Numbered from the stretch's first letter, positions 24,598-38,369 are shown. The stretch: DNA of 64,000 bases from Octopus sinensis (GCF_006345805.1 NC_043008.1:65596001-65660000), one strand, 5' to 3'. Notes: generated by a model not told the origin, from the letters alone. Made by a program: numbers and translations.

Positions 24598-27500
24598 TGC
24601 ACCCGCAAAAAAACAACCACGCGCTTATCTTCCATACACTTCGAAATGATGACTGATACACATTCACTGCAAATTCGCAAACGGCAGATATGCTACGAAA
24701 ATCCTAAACCGTTATATATACATCGTTTTAAGCACCACTACGTAATATTCATAATAGATATAAAGAAAGTAAATGTAAGAGTGTATTCTTAAACGTCTAC
24801 AATTCCTTTTCTATAATGAAAGTGTTAAAGTTCAACACACACGATCTTTGTTCTAATCATTTGTAAATCAAGTGCAAACTAAGAAGTCACAGTTTTAAGA
24901 GTTTGCTGGACTAGTTTAAAAAAGAAACAAACTGAAAAGCAATCTTTGTATTAATTTCTTCCGGAAGACTAAAAATTTGTTTTCATGCATGTTATAGTGT
25001 GATCTTATCGCATTTGATTAGTTCGAAGGGAAAATAATCTTCAAAGCTTGAAGAAACCGGAGACAACGCGACCAGAAAACAAATTACTATTATCCTTCAG
25101 TAATCCCAAGTTAACTCTATAGGTGTGATTCACATCTGAATTTTCAATGCAGCCATTTATCTTTGAGGAAAATTCTGATGTCACATGCTGATAATTATCT
25201 TGTTATCATGCAACATATACAATCTCAATTTATTTGCAAACGATCAGAAAAATCCTTTCCGAACCATCTATTATGTGAAATGGTGAGCCACAGCAATTTG
25301 TAAAAGACAGACGATTTCAATAATTTCCTGAACGCATCTGTAGCCGTGCATATGTCTTATAGTTCTCAGCATGAATAACAGCAACAAATATCAAAACGTA
25401 TTATCCCCAAAGCAACTGGTTTTGATAATCCTTGACATCTATACACATAAATTATTACTGTTCAACGGGACAATTTCAGATGGGACTATTTAAATCATAG
25501 AGGATATAATGATTTCGCTGGGGAATTTTTGGATTTTTACTCTGAACATGATAACTTTATATAAGTATATTCAGCGCTTAATACAAGCTGTCATACACAC
25601 AACCATAAATTTCAATTGTGAGTTTTTTTTTTGTTGTTGCTAATCCGGCTTTAGAAAATGCATTAATTTAATGTATTAGTTTTTCATACTAAAAAAATCT
25701 TACAGCTCTTTTTAGAGTATGCAATACATTTAAAGCTGATGCAAAATGTTTTATTATCACCACAATTGTCAAGGATTTTTGTGATCTAATAATTCCATTC
25801 ATGTGATTGTTTTGCCTTCGGAAATTGGAGAATTAAGCTTGAATTTTGATTGTCTTTCTGCTTTTATTTATTCATTTATTTAAACTGCTCTTTTCTTACA
25901 TATATTTTTCCCTAATACATCTTACTTTCACGCAATGTTTTGTATGGTAGTGAATATGTATACATAAATAATCATTTTCGTCTAGATGAGAAAGATGAAG
26001 TCCAAGTATCATTGAAGAGTAGAAACATAGCCAGGTTTGTGCTCATAATGAGCATAATAGATATTAACTTATATATATATATATATATATATATATTTAC
26101 AAATACATTTATATGACTATGGAGCATGCGAGTACATACATTTTATAAATTCCTGTCTGTGTGTGTTCGGCGAATCGTGTCTTCAGCAATATTCTATATT
26201 TTCATTTCCATTTTTATACTAAACAGAATAATCTTTGTTTATTTTCATTGTTTTAAATATATTTTTACATATATTAACAATAGAAATTCAAATATATGTG
26301 CGTGTGTATGTATGTGTCTGTGTGAGTGTGCCGTATGTGGGTGTGGGTGTCTGTGTGTTTATATTTATGTTTGCATAACATATGTGAATGTAAATATATG
26401 TATATATATATATCCATATATATATATATTCATATATATATATATATATTATATATATATTATATATATACACACAATACCGAAAAAAATTTAAACATTA
26501 CTAGTATATTTAAAATTAATTACTTCCAAACAAGTATCACCAATAAACTCAAACAATATTCTTGTTCTCATTATATTGTAAAAGAATATATATGTATCCA
26601 TGTGTGTGTACGTCTGTGTGGTGTTTATATGTGTGCTTGTGTTTGTGTGTGTATGTGTATGTGAGTGCGTGTGTGTGTTTGTGTGTGTATGTTTACCTAA
26701 GTTTTCTAGAAGTTATTTATTGATCATAATAGTAAAGATTTTTGGTCACAAGGTCATCTTTGTCATAAAAACGTCAATTTCCATCCCACCCGTTTCTTTC
26801 AAGACAATAAAGTTTGATAAAGCTACATCCTGTTTTTGCCAATAAACTTATAATTTACATCTCAATTTTATTACCTTTGTTTACTTTTGCTTTATAATAA
26901 ATTTTAACATATTCAATTTTTTTGTTTAAATCAGTTTCAAATTATTATCAAGAAATGTTGATATTAATTTGTTTTCCTTATAAGAATATCTTTTCCTGAA
27001 TTAATTAGAGGAGGAGAGGCGGTGACGCATTACAATCTTCAATAAGTGAAAATATTCAAATTAATGTATTTCTGAGTGAATATTCTGGAAATAAGAGTGG
27101 GTGGCCATTTGCTGGAGAGGTGTCGACACTTTACCTTCATCAAAAATTGAAAGATATTTAAATTTGCGTATTTGTTATTACATCTGAAAATAAGTTTGGG
27201 TAGTTATTCGAAAGGCGCTGATATTTTAACATCTTCAAACTATGAAAAATTATATAAATTAATATCGCCCTCATTATATGTTCTGAAAGTAAGGTCGGTT
27301 AATCATATGCTGGATGGTGTGGGTAATAGGTTGTTTTAGCAATACTTTATTAGCACTCATCAGCAACAAGTGGAACAACTAATGATGTCAAATATTGATT
27401 CAATGATTATGAGTAGAATAATTAATGAAATATTTACTGTTAGGCACATGAATTTTGCACACATTTCCCATTATACAGCAGTTGGTCGTTAAAATCCTGC

Positions 27501-27693
27501 TTTCTTAGATTCGATACTTGAACTATTCTTCCAAGGCCTAGTATTTTGTCCTAGATACTTCATTTCCTCTTTGCAGCAGTTTGCCAGTGGCGAACTTGTT
27601 TGATGCTTTTGAGCAGTCCATGTCAGAAAAATATAGAAACGTAGTATGTGTTATAGTTCTATATTTAAGAGATGAGAAACTATGTACATTATT

Positions 27694-27906
27694 TACATTA
27701 TTTACATTCGACGGATATTTGTCCTCACCTTTTTGTTATTAACACAACGTTTCGGCTGTTAGCACAACCCTCCATCCTTAGGAATGAGAACTAGATTCGA
27801 AATTTCCCCAACACACCTGAAGAAGGGTGGAGGGTATATCAGCCGAAACGTTGTGTTAACAACAAACAAGACGAGGACAAATATCTGTCGAATGTAAATA
27901 ATGTAA
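27694..27906 (+). mobile_element. solo PLE pseudo-LTR with inverted terminal copy (foldback)
   Basis: 27694-27758 is the reverse complement of 27840-27906; contains CTGAAGA-A-GGGTG..CAGCC-GAAACGTT. Confidence 0.75.
27811..27857 (+). ncRNA. minimal hammerhead-like motif with extra A after the core and palindromic AACGUU stem III
   Basis: CUGAAGA at 27817-27823 and GAAAC-GUU at 27845-27852; the sister copy at ~28950 has the perfect GGCUG/CAGCC stem. Confidence 0.55.
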
Positions 27907-28261
27907 ACAATAATATGTGTTGTTTCCCTGTCTTTTAGAAGGGATGCGGACATGTCATTTGAGGGCCCTTCAAGGCCAATGCCTATACTTTGAAACCTTT
28001 TTGCAAGTAAAGAGTTTATTACAAAAACTCAGTATTGTGCTTACAGTATTGAGTTTTAAAGCTTCATGACTTTGATCTTTATGGCTCGTAAAATGCTTCT
28101 CAAAGGTGCTGGTGTGAAATAGTTGGTGGGAAACAAAACAGGTTATTGAAATAGTTCATAAAGATATAATAGAAAAACAATTCAATACAATGCATAACAA
28201 GACATTTCGAACTTGAAATACAAGTACCCTTCCATCATGATTATTAACAAATTTACTCACT

Positions 28262-28299
<38 letters not shown>

Positions 28300-28478
28300 A
28301 CATGCATACACACAGACACAAACACATATATATATATCGTGAAGTATACTTGGCACTTAAATGTGGCTGTCCCATAAGGGATGACGCTACTCTTATTCAT
28401 AACCGCATGTGCGTTTCTATTTCCCCTATTTCTGTTTCATCTTTGTGTTGTACTTTTTGCACTATTCTTTTATTCATA

Positions 28479-28852
28479 TACTTGTTTCGGTCATTTTACC
28501 ACTTCCATGCTTGAGCACCGTCTTTAGTCGGACAAATCAATCCCAGGATTTAATTTTGTAAACCTAGTACTTATTCTATCACTCACTTATACTGAACCGC
28601 TAACTTGCGAGGAGGTAAAAACTCCAGCATCTGTTGTCAAGCGATGGTGATGGTGGTGGGTGCGACACAGAAAGACACGCAAATATACACTTATATATAT
28701 ATATATATATATAGTTTCCGTCAACCAAAATCGCTTACAAAGCTATGGTCAGCCCGAGGCTATAATAGAAGACACATGCGCAAATTGCCACGCAGTGGGA
28801 CTGAACCACGTTGGGAAGCAACCTCCTTATCATACACAACCCTGCCTGCGCC
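28479..28852 (-). mobile_element. SINE family A, diverged
   Basis: Head and tail homology. Confidence 0.8.
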
Positions 28853-28861
28853 TATATATAT

Positions 28862-28897
<36 letters not shown>

Positions 28898-28916
28898 ATA
28901 TGATAATAACATATTT

Positions 28917-29018
28917 TAGGAATGAGAAACCAGGTTCGAAATTTTCACCAAGACACCTTATGAAGGCTGGAGAGTATATCAGCCGACACGGACTTAACAG
29001 CACGCGAGATGAGGAAAA

Positions 29019-29025
<7 letters not shown>
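28917..29025 (+). mobile_element. second copy of the 27.8 kb pseudo-LTR family, HHR core mutated
   Basis: TTAGGAATGAGAA..TTCGAAATT..CTTATGAAGGCTGGAGAGTATATCAGCCGACAC. Confidence 0.7.
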
Positions 29026-29058
<33 letters not shown>

Positions 29059-29104
29059 TGTGTGTGGGTGTGTGTGTGTTGTGTGTGGAGAGAGAGAGAG
29101 AGTA

Positions 29105-29140
<36 letters not shown>

Positions 29141-29208
29141 AAAAAAATATATATATATATAGTACTATATATAGCAATATATAGATCTATATTATATATA
29201 TATTTATC

Positions 29209-29240
<32 letters not shown>

Positions 29241-29692
29241 AATATATATATATATATAATATATATATGTTGTATTTAGGGATGGTCATGTTGCCAGTTT
29301 AGCCAATAAAAACACAAGCACTATATATTTGGTGTTAATTTGGTTCAGCTTTATTTATTTTATACATTAATCTTAATCTTATTCCGGCCAGAGTTCTTTC
29401 ATCACACTTCTGTTACTTAATCAGTGGTCATTTGCTTTCAAAAATGGCTGATCGTTAGTAAGGAGGGACACACAAATAAGAAAGAAGAAAGTAAAGAACC
29501 ACTGCTGACATCACAGAAGTGTGACGGAAAAAGATAAAGATTAATGTAAAAAATAATAAAGCAGCAGCAACTTAACACCAAATATATAGTGCATGTGTTT
29601 TTCTTGGCTAAACGGTGCAACATGACCTCCCCTGAATACATCAATATCTATTTCAATATCTATGTATGTATGTATGTATGTATGTGTGTATA

Positions 29693-29931
29693 TTTACTAG
29701 TTTCAGTCATTTAAGTTCGACTATGCTGGAGCACCGCCTTTTGTTGAGAAAATCAATCCCAGGACTTATTGTTTGTAAGCCTAGTACTTATTCTCTTGAT
29801 ATCTTTTGCCGAACCGGTAAGATACGGAGCTGTAAACACACCATCGGTTGTCAAGCGGTGTTGGTTGTAGTGGTCGTTGTGGTGATGGGTGGGACAAAAC
29901 ACAGACACACCAATATATAACATATATACAT

Positions 29932-29982
<51 letters not shown>

Positions 29983-30217
29983 ATATATTATATATATATA
30001 TGCATACTATATATACATATATGCATATGTGTATAATATATATATATATTATACATAAGATGAGTTTTTTAAAGTTCCTTTTACGAGATTCACTCACGAG
30101 GCTATAGCCAGTCCGAGGCTATATTAGAAGGTAATGCCCAAGGTGCAAGGCAGTGGGACTGAACCCAGAACCATGTGGCTGGAAAGCAAGCTCCTTACCA
30201 TATAGAACCACACCTGC
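29693..30217 (-). mobile_element. SINE family A with long internal (TA)n
   Basis: Head and tail homology. Confidence 0.8.
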
Positions 30218-30238
30218 ATCTATATATAAATTTATCAC

Positions 30239-30288
<50 letters not shown>

Positions 30289-30289
30289 T

Positions 30290-31190
30290 AAGCTTTAGAC
30301 ATTAGACTCGGCAACAACACCCTGGTCTCATGCCATTTCTGCTCTACCGGTCATTCATTACAACACCTGTCTATGTTAGGTTTTTCTTTGCACAGAGGCT
30401 ATTCGGACTCCCGCCTTCGTATTGAACAGGCTTTAATCTTCTGTCTTCGCTCCTTGTGCCACAGGGCTCAACTCCCCTCCTCTCTTCATGTGACTCCCTT
30501 CGTTTCCTCTGTTCTCATCTACCCACATTCTCTCTTCATCGACACCCCCTCTATCCAAACTCCACCACTACACATCCCACTTCCACATAACCCAACCATA
30601 CGCCAACATCCCCAACTCAAACCTACCTTCACATCCCTACACCCCTCTCTCGCATCCTCACACCCCACTCTCGCATCCCCACACCCCACTCTCGCATTCC
30701 CGCACTCTAATACCGTCACACCACATCACAGACCACCACACCACGTCATGGCACACCACACCACATCACATCACCTCGTACACACTGGCACTGACCACTT
30801 CCCAGCAACTACACCATCATCCACACACGCGCACATTACAGACTCACACACTCACGCACTCATCCACACGTCAAAGTCATTAGCCCCTATCCAGACGCTC
30901 CCACTTACACACTCTCACATGCACACGCACGCGCACCTACGTTTTGGGATCACCAATGCTTTATTATCTCCCTTTTTTTCCTCATGTCTAGCTACCTTTG
31001 CCTAGCCAGCTGCCATGATTGTTTGCTAGCTCCAAAAGTTCTTTTATCCTCTCTCTCTGTTTATTTCTACGTGTTCCTTTGTGTTCAAAACGTAGGATCG
31101 AAACGTAAAAGACTTTCTCACCTTCCCGAGAGCTAAAATAATACAACTGTCGTCGTCATTTGTTTTTCTGTAAATTTCAACTATGTATGT
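30290..31190 (+). mobile_element. PLE 3' fragment (GIY-YIG C-terminus plus CA-rich 3' region/pseudo-LTR)
   Basis: HFCSTGHSLQHL..RLRIEQALIFCLRSL (H..GH..R..EQ.LIF.L.TL motif); 3' part homologous to 56328-56755; degenerate HHR at ~31070-31110. Confidence 0.7.
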
Positions 31191-31246
31191 ATACATGTAT
31201 GTATATATGCATGTATGTGTATATATAAATATATTTAATATATATA

Positions 31247-31750
31247 TTACTTGTTTCAGTTATTTGACTACGATCATGCTGGAGCACTGCCTTTACGTAA
31301 ACTTACCAATATCGATTGTCAAATGATGATGGGAAGGGGACAAACAAAGACACACAAACATATACATACACATAGACATATATTGTATGAAGGATTGTGG
31401 GTGGGGTCAGAACAATGCTAACTACATGCCAGGGAAATAACAAGAAAACAAATATATGAATTTATGTAGATTTACTTTGTATTCAATATTTCGGGGTTAT
31501 GGTCCCTTCCCCAGAAATTCACTTATATAAGCCTAGTACTTATTCTATCAGACACTTTTGCCGAACCGTTAAATTACTGGGACGTAAACACATCAACATC
31601 GTTTTTCATATGATCGTGGTGCGAATATATACATATATATATATACATACATATACATATACATATATATATTATATATATATATTATATATATATATAT
31701 ATATTATATATATATATATATATATGACGGGTTTCTTTCAGTTTCCGTCT
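31247..31750 (-). mobile_element. fragmented SINE family A pieces
   Basis: TACTTGTTTCAGT..CATGCTGGAGCAC, AAGCCTAGTACTTATTCTATC, GACGGGTTTCTTTCAGTTTCCGTC. Confidence 0.65.
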
Positions 31751-31927
31751 GCTAAATATTTTCTGGGAATGGGATCACAACCCTGAAACACTGGAAGCAA
31801 GGTAGTCTATATTAATTCATATATTTATTTTCTTGTGCTTTGTCTTGCATTTACTTCGCATTCTTCTGGCCTTACTCCTTTATACAGCATATTCTACACA
31901 ATGCTTCATAGTAACGATTCCATTATA

Positions 31928-31980
<53 letters not shown>

Positions 31981-32035
31981 AATATATATATTATATATAT
32001 ATATATACAGAAACGATACGGAGATCGATCGATTG

Positions 32036-32036
32036 G

Positions 32037-32089
<53 letters not shown>

Positions 32090-32420
32090 CAATAAGTTTC
32101 CTTTATTGGCCACACAGGGCTGCAAGGTAGGTAGATAGATAGATAGATAGATACATACATACATACATACATACATACATACATACATACATAAATAGGT
32201 AGGTAGGTTAGGTAGGTAGGTAGGTACGTAGGTAGGTAGGTAGGTAGTTAGGTAGGTAGGTAGTTAGGTAGGTGGGTAGGTATGTATGTAGGTAGGTATG
32301 TATGTAGGTAGGTAGGTAGGTAGGTAGGTAGGTATGTAGGTAGGTAGGTAGGTAGGTAGGTAGGTAGGTAGGTAGGTAGGTAGGCAGGTAGGTAGGCAGG
32401 TAGGTAGGCAGGTAGGTAGA
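32036..32420. repeat. compound (GATA)n-(TACA)n-(TAGG)n microsatellite containing a ~35 bp Tx1 3' tail (32091-32126)
   Basis: TTTCCTTTATTGGCCACACAGGGCTGCA matches 23730-23757. Confidence 0.85.
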
Positions 32421-33067
32421 ATAATTTATTAAAATCCAATGTTGCATGGAGATAATCCCACATAATCACAGAGACGCAGAGACAAAGAGAGATATAGCTA
32501 TATAAAAATTTGGTTTCTTAAAATAGTGGAAGAAAGCAAATGCAATAACGTAGAAATGGGAAATATTGCAATTTACATATTATAATGTGTAATATACCCA
32601 CCACAGATGAATACAAATAACGGTTTACACCAGCCACTCTCTTGAAATGAAAACAAGACATTCACCACATGTTAGACAGAAAAGAATTTCATTGTCATCT
32701 TTCAGCTATCTCTAACCAGCTCCTTTAATTTGCAAAGAGAATGATTACGCTGTAGTGTAACTAATGCATGTAATTACTCAACATATATTGATTTCTTTTC
32801 TCTCAATACAGGGAAAATATCTAAAAGATAACACATTATGATCTTACGTTACTCGTCTTCAAGTTCTTTCTATGAAAATCAAGACCAATAGGCCGAACGC
32901 ACGTCACTTGGAATAAACAGGCTTGAAACATCTGAACGAATGAGTATATGTGCGTTTCTTTATGCATGCAATGCACGTGTATACATACCTACAAACTTAC
33001 ATATGCATACATATATATATATATATATAGAAGTGGAGCTGAACGCAGATTGAACAGAAATCGTTTT

Positions 33068-33159
33068 ATTTCATTCTACACGTGTTTCGAAAGGCACAAT
33101 TTACCAAAATCCGATTGAATAATGGGACCATATTGTGTCTTTCTCTTCAGGAAGAAAAT
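33068..33159 (-). ncRNA. type I minimal hammerhead ribozyme (inverted copy)
   Basis: CUGAAGA / 12-bp stem II / GAAAC-ACGU-GUA, same as the 34227 copy. Confidence 0.72.
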
Positions 33160-34226
33160 AGGAAATCCGTTGGAAAAAACAAAAACAGAACAGAGGCGGA
33201 GCAAAAACAAATCGGAACGAATATAGTGACATGAACGCAGTTCTAATTTCAGAAACTAATCCTAGCAGAATAAGATTCACGTCGGCGAACTCCAAGATCA
33301 AAAACGCCGTCTACCAATGCAAGGTTTACACGGACTCAGATGTCTTCACTTATGTAGGGGCCTCATCCTCAAGATTGTCTTTGCGGGTCTCTGAACAAGC
33401 GCCAGACCACGGGACTCAGTAAGCTAATATGGCGACTGAAGGATACGAACTTAAGCTACAGGCTGGAATGGTCAATTTTGTCGGTGGCCCTCCCATTTGA
33501 TAGGGGCAGAAGGCAGTGCAACCTTTGTGTCTCCGAACTCTTCCATATTTTGTTTGCCAGAGGCCGGATGGTAAACGGGCTTTTACAGTCGGCTTTTCGA
33601 TGCCCCCATTGGCGGCGTTACACTTATCTGGCTTTTAAACAGCGTTTATAAATAATACCGGCACCCATAGCCCTTGGTAACACAAATTCTGAAATAGCCT
33701 TTAAGATATCTACGATTAACCACTGCAAGGGGAATTACTCCTGTAAGATAAACGGGGCTTGGTTTTTCACAACGGGGGGTTTCCTTGACAAGGCAGGCTT
33801 AGATGAACACACACACAAATAAAACATAATATATTTTTTTTCTGCCACCCAACGGTTCTCACTGCAGTAGCCACTGACAGCCGAACGTTCCAAACGCACA
33901 CACGTACAAAAAAAATGTTTTCTACCCCTACGCCAACACACACATATATAGAACAGTATACACACACACACGTCTCTAAGTAGATTTTTTCTCGCCCCTT
34001 ATAAAACATCCAATATTCCTTAAATAGTCAGAACTTTATTCTCGGTCACAAAGAACATCTATACACCCTCACCCACATGATTGACCGATGCCTGACCCGT
34101 TAAATCTTCAGCCACCGGTTCTCAACATACACTGATAAACAGTTTTGCCATGGGCTCTTAGGAGCCTAGTTCGATTTGTTTTTGCTCCGCCTCTGTTCTG
34201 TTTTTGTTTTTTCCAACGGATTTCCT

Positions 34227-34316
34227 ATTTTCTTCCTGAAGAGAAAGACACAATATGGTCCCATATTCAATCGGTTTTGGTAAATTGTGCCTTTCGAAAC
34301 ACGTGTAGAATGAAAT
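34227..34316 (+). ncRNA. type I minimal hammerhead ribozyme
   Basis: Stem I AUUUUCUUC/GAAUGAAAU, core CUGAAGA at 34236-34242, stem II GAAAGACACAAU/AUUGUGCCUUUC, GAAAC, palindromic ACGU loop, GUA at 34305-34307. Confidence 0.75.
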
Positions 34317-34526
34317 AAACGATTTCTGTTCAATCTGCGTTCAGCTCCATTTCTTCAATTCACCAATAATATTTTAATTTCAATTATCCGCACCAACGAA
34401 CGGTTGCAACACCATATGGTTGTACCTCCAACCGTGCTGTTTACTGCTGTGATTTTTGCTACTAAGGTATCGGTTAAACTTTTGATTAATCTACTACAAG
34501 ATTATTCATCTTTCTATTTCACATAA

Positions 34527-34559
<33 letters not shown>

Positions 34560-36552
34560 CTGTATGTATATATATATATGTATGTATATATCTGTATGTA
34601 TAGTATATATATTGTATATATATATATTATATATATATATATATATATTATTATATATATAATATATGTATATATATACACACACATATATATATATATA
34701 TATTATATAACCATTGACAGCATATGAATAAATTTTAGAGATACATGAAATATACTCTTTTGGGATGAATAGTGTGGAACCACATCATATAGAAAAAGAT
34801 TTTGACTAATCAAATTTTATCCTAGTTTTATAAGATTTGGCGTTGTTTTAAATCATATTACAGAAAGAGTAAATACAGAAAATTCTTTTTACTTTTGATA
34901 AGATTGAAATCTACACAAATATCCTGAAAGCATTATGATTGGGGCTGTTGAAATTCTGGATAGACAAATATCCACATAAAAATCAGTAGTGATTCACCGA
35001 AACATTTATAATAGAACTGCGACTGATGCTAGAATAAAACTAATTCACTTTTGACAACCTTTATCTTGAAATAAGAGATGGTGTAATATGCACAATAGTC
35101 GCACCTGCTTCCATATCAGCTGTAATGTTTGTAATAATCCTCTTTTCTTCGTTAAGAAAATTTGGTTGTCTCACTGTCTTTTGAAATTATCCTCACATAT
35201 GCCTCAAACAACACACTTCTATCCTGAATTTTCTATACTACAGAGCGATAATGCAACCAATTACGAGTATTTTTGTGCCAACATAACTTTTCATACGTGT
35301 ATGTACAGTTTGTATTATATCTCTTTCATTTTGTTAGACAATGTACATCTAATATGATTAATGTACTTTAACCTCGAATGCGTTATGCTTCAATAATTTC
35401 CCGTACACGTAGTTTAATTGGAACTATGTGACAATGTGAGCTAAACTACATTTACTTTGTTGGTTTTGACATGTAGTGAGAATGGCACTGTAGACCATGT
35501 AATATGGCTTCTTTTTTCTATCGGTAGTTTTGTGAGAGCTAGCAAGTCGTGTAAAGATAATCTTGTCATTGAATCCGCCATCCTTCGAGTGGTTAGTGTA
35601 CAACACATCTACAAACATAAGTTTTTCAACATTTTGAATGGAATATATCTGTGAATCACAATATAGTTCAGCGTTTTAAAATAGATATTTTACGTTATAT
35701 CATTCATAGCATTATTTCGACTATTCTTTGGTGTCTATTATGAAGAACTAATATTTAATCTGATGTTTCATGCCATGTAAAACAGAAAATCTCATATCTG
35801 AAAACATTGTGTGATGACATATATATATAAGGATGTTAATTTAAGACCAGGTTGATGTTACATATTTCTGCAAATTATGGTGTTTTCTTTCAGAATGATA
35901 ACTAGATTTTCTTGGTCTTATTTCCACAAATTTTCTGCTGACACTTGTATTTCGATGAATTCATGCATATTTAATAATGAAGCAACACAGAAAGAATGGA
36001 GTTTTCCTGAAAAATGTTTTCCTTTGTTAATCAATAATGAGAAACAGATTATTAACCAGAAGAAATTATTTACGTTCTGGTGAAAAACTTAATCCCAGAA
36101 GCTTTTATATAAAATGAATATTTTACTTTTCCTTCTTAAATATTTGGTAAATGAGAATTCCATGCTGTAGTCGATGATAAATTGGCTAGCACTTAGAGAA
36201 ATGGATTTCGTTAATTTAATCCGAACTATGTGGGATGTATTGAATTAAATAATAATCATTAATGGACTTTTATATAGAAAACTAAACAGGAAGCAATTAA
36301 GGGAATAGGTTTTCTTACGACTGTTTTATAGTTATATGTTCTTTAGATTTTACTATAAAGAGATTAAGGATAGAATTCGAAAACTATCTATATTTATGTT
36401 TGAATATATCTATAATTTGCACATGTATGTAACGGTAGAATATGTATGTACGTGGCTGTCTGAATAAATGCATATATATTATATATATATAATATATATA
36501 TATATATATTATATAATATATATATATTATATATATATATATATAATATATA

Positions 36553-36584
<32 letters not shown>

Positions 36585-36676
36585 AATACATATATATATA
36601 CATGTATAAATATATTATATATATATATAATATATATACATATATATACACACACACATATATATATATATATATG

Positions 36677-36758
<82 letters not shown>

Positions 36759-37754
36759 TATTTCTGTATGTTTATGCATTCATTTACGTATAAATATACG
36801 TATGCGTGTATGAGTGTGGTTATGCGGGTTCATATTTGTGTATATGTAAGTAAAAATGTATTTATTAATGAATGTATCAGTGTATATGTGTTTGTGTGTG
36901 TGTATATATAGGGAGAGGTACACATATATGTGTATGTGTGTGCGATTGTGTGCGCATAATAGTGTTGCTAAAATGCTGAGCATTTTGCTTTTATTTGTTT
37001 TTCGTTCTTCTAAGTGTAGGAATGATTTATATAATTTATAAACACAGGATACAAAATAATGATTTCTCTTTCCTTCCAAAAGGATTGAAAGCTTCACATA
37101 TATTGTTTTCTTCTTTAGCTATTCATAAGAGAGCAGAAATCTCAATCTTAGCTATAATGTATAATATTAATGTCTTTTCCACATATTAACGCCATATTTT
37201 ATTTCCTCTTTTTTCCAATCCCTCAGCCACACTTGCATTATAAGAATTGTTCTTGTCACACGTAGAAATTCACCTACTTAGAGAACGGCATGATATGTGT
37301 GTAATACACTCGTAATAATGGAACATGCCAATTAAGGGAACCTCATCCTAATTTCTAATAGTAATAGTGAAATCTGTTTCATATCGCGACCGGGGAAAGG
37401 TTCGTCATTACACTGGGATCTGTATAAAAGATGCGAATGCATTCAGCTGGAATAGTTTGGATCATTGATATATCCTTGTTGAGATCTGACCACGATGTAA
37501 ATAATATTCTCTGATGTAGTCACACGGCCAGCAATTTGAGCGAAAGTTGGGTAGGAACTAGTTGAAACAGCCAATTAATCTGTACCTGCCTTTATTACAA
37601 CGGGCATAAGAGAATCGAAAGCAAAAAAACCTCGTCTAGTATTCAATAAAGAATATAAGGAGTCAGAACAAATATCACAAAGCGCTTATTCTGATGCTTT
37701 ATTGTTCCTGTCTGTTAGTTGTCTCCGACCCAGATCTATATGCTAACAATAATA

Positions 37755-38366
37755 GAACAAACTTCAGAAGGAGTCACCAAAAATGAGAATTTCAAAATCC
37801 TGTGGGAAGCAATAGACCAGTGCGATCACCTGACCAGACATCGGAAACCGGACATTGTTGTTTGTGATGATTAAAAAAGAAAGAACATGCATAATAATGG
37901 ACATAGCATGACCCGGTAGCAACCGGATCAATATGAACGATCAATATGAAAGAAGAAGTAGAAAAAGTAGAAGAAGAAGAAGGAGGAGGAGGAGGAGGAG
38001 AAGAAGAAGAAGAAGAAGAAGAAGAAGAAGAAGAAGAAGAAGAAGAAGAAGAAGAAGAAGAAGAAGAAGAAACTATGGCGACTTGAATTTGGAAATACGA
38101 TGGTTATGGTCAATGAAGAAGGTAGACGTCAATGAAGAGAGTAGACCAATGGTAATTGATGCACTTGTAAGTATCAGCACTCAACTACCAGCATGGCTGA
38201 AAAGGGATTAGTGCAAGTGTGAAGATAGAACATCAACAAAAATCAGCATTGCTTGGAACTGCAAGAATTCCTCAGAGGATAACTGGTAAAGAAGTGTCAC
38301 CTTAGTCTGCTAGCTGTGGACAGGTCCCACTTTCCATCATACCCAGAAAAATACGCTGTGAGTTTT
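37755..38366 (+). mobile_element. R4/Dong-clade 3' fragment (REL endonuclease and 3' UTR) ending in (TAA)n
   Basis: NENFKILW..CDHLTRHRKPDIVV..CIIMDIA, YGDLNLEI, KSALLGTARI; split by a (GAA)n expansion. Confidence 0.8.
37948..38071. repeat. (GAA)n/(GGA)n trinucleotide expansion
   Basis: Direct reading. Confidence 0.95.
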
Positions 38367-38369
38367 CAT

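Larger units (their letters stand above)
33031..34353 (+). mobile_element. PLE insertion: inverted pseudo-LTR (33031-33214) + GIY-YIG 3' body + pseudo-LTR ending 34353
   Basis: AVYQCKV..TYVGA and WSIL..PF..QCNLCVSELFHIL motifs; ~183 bp inverted repeats at high identity. Confidence 0.85.

Noticed and set aside
27440-27640. Minus-strand DCSKASNK..LLQR resembling RT D.SKAFD motif
   Set aside because: Too short and degenerate to call
30373-31005. 210-aa His/Pro/Thr-rich ORF
   Set aside because: Only the first ~30 codons are PLE endonuclease; the rest is read-through into a CA-rich UTR
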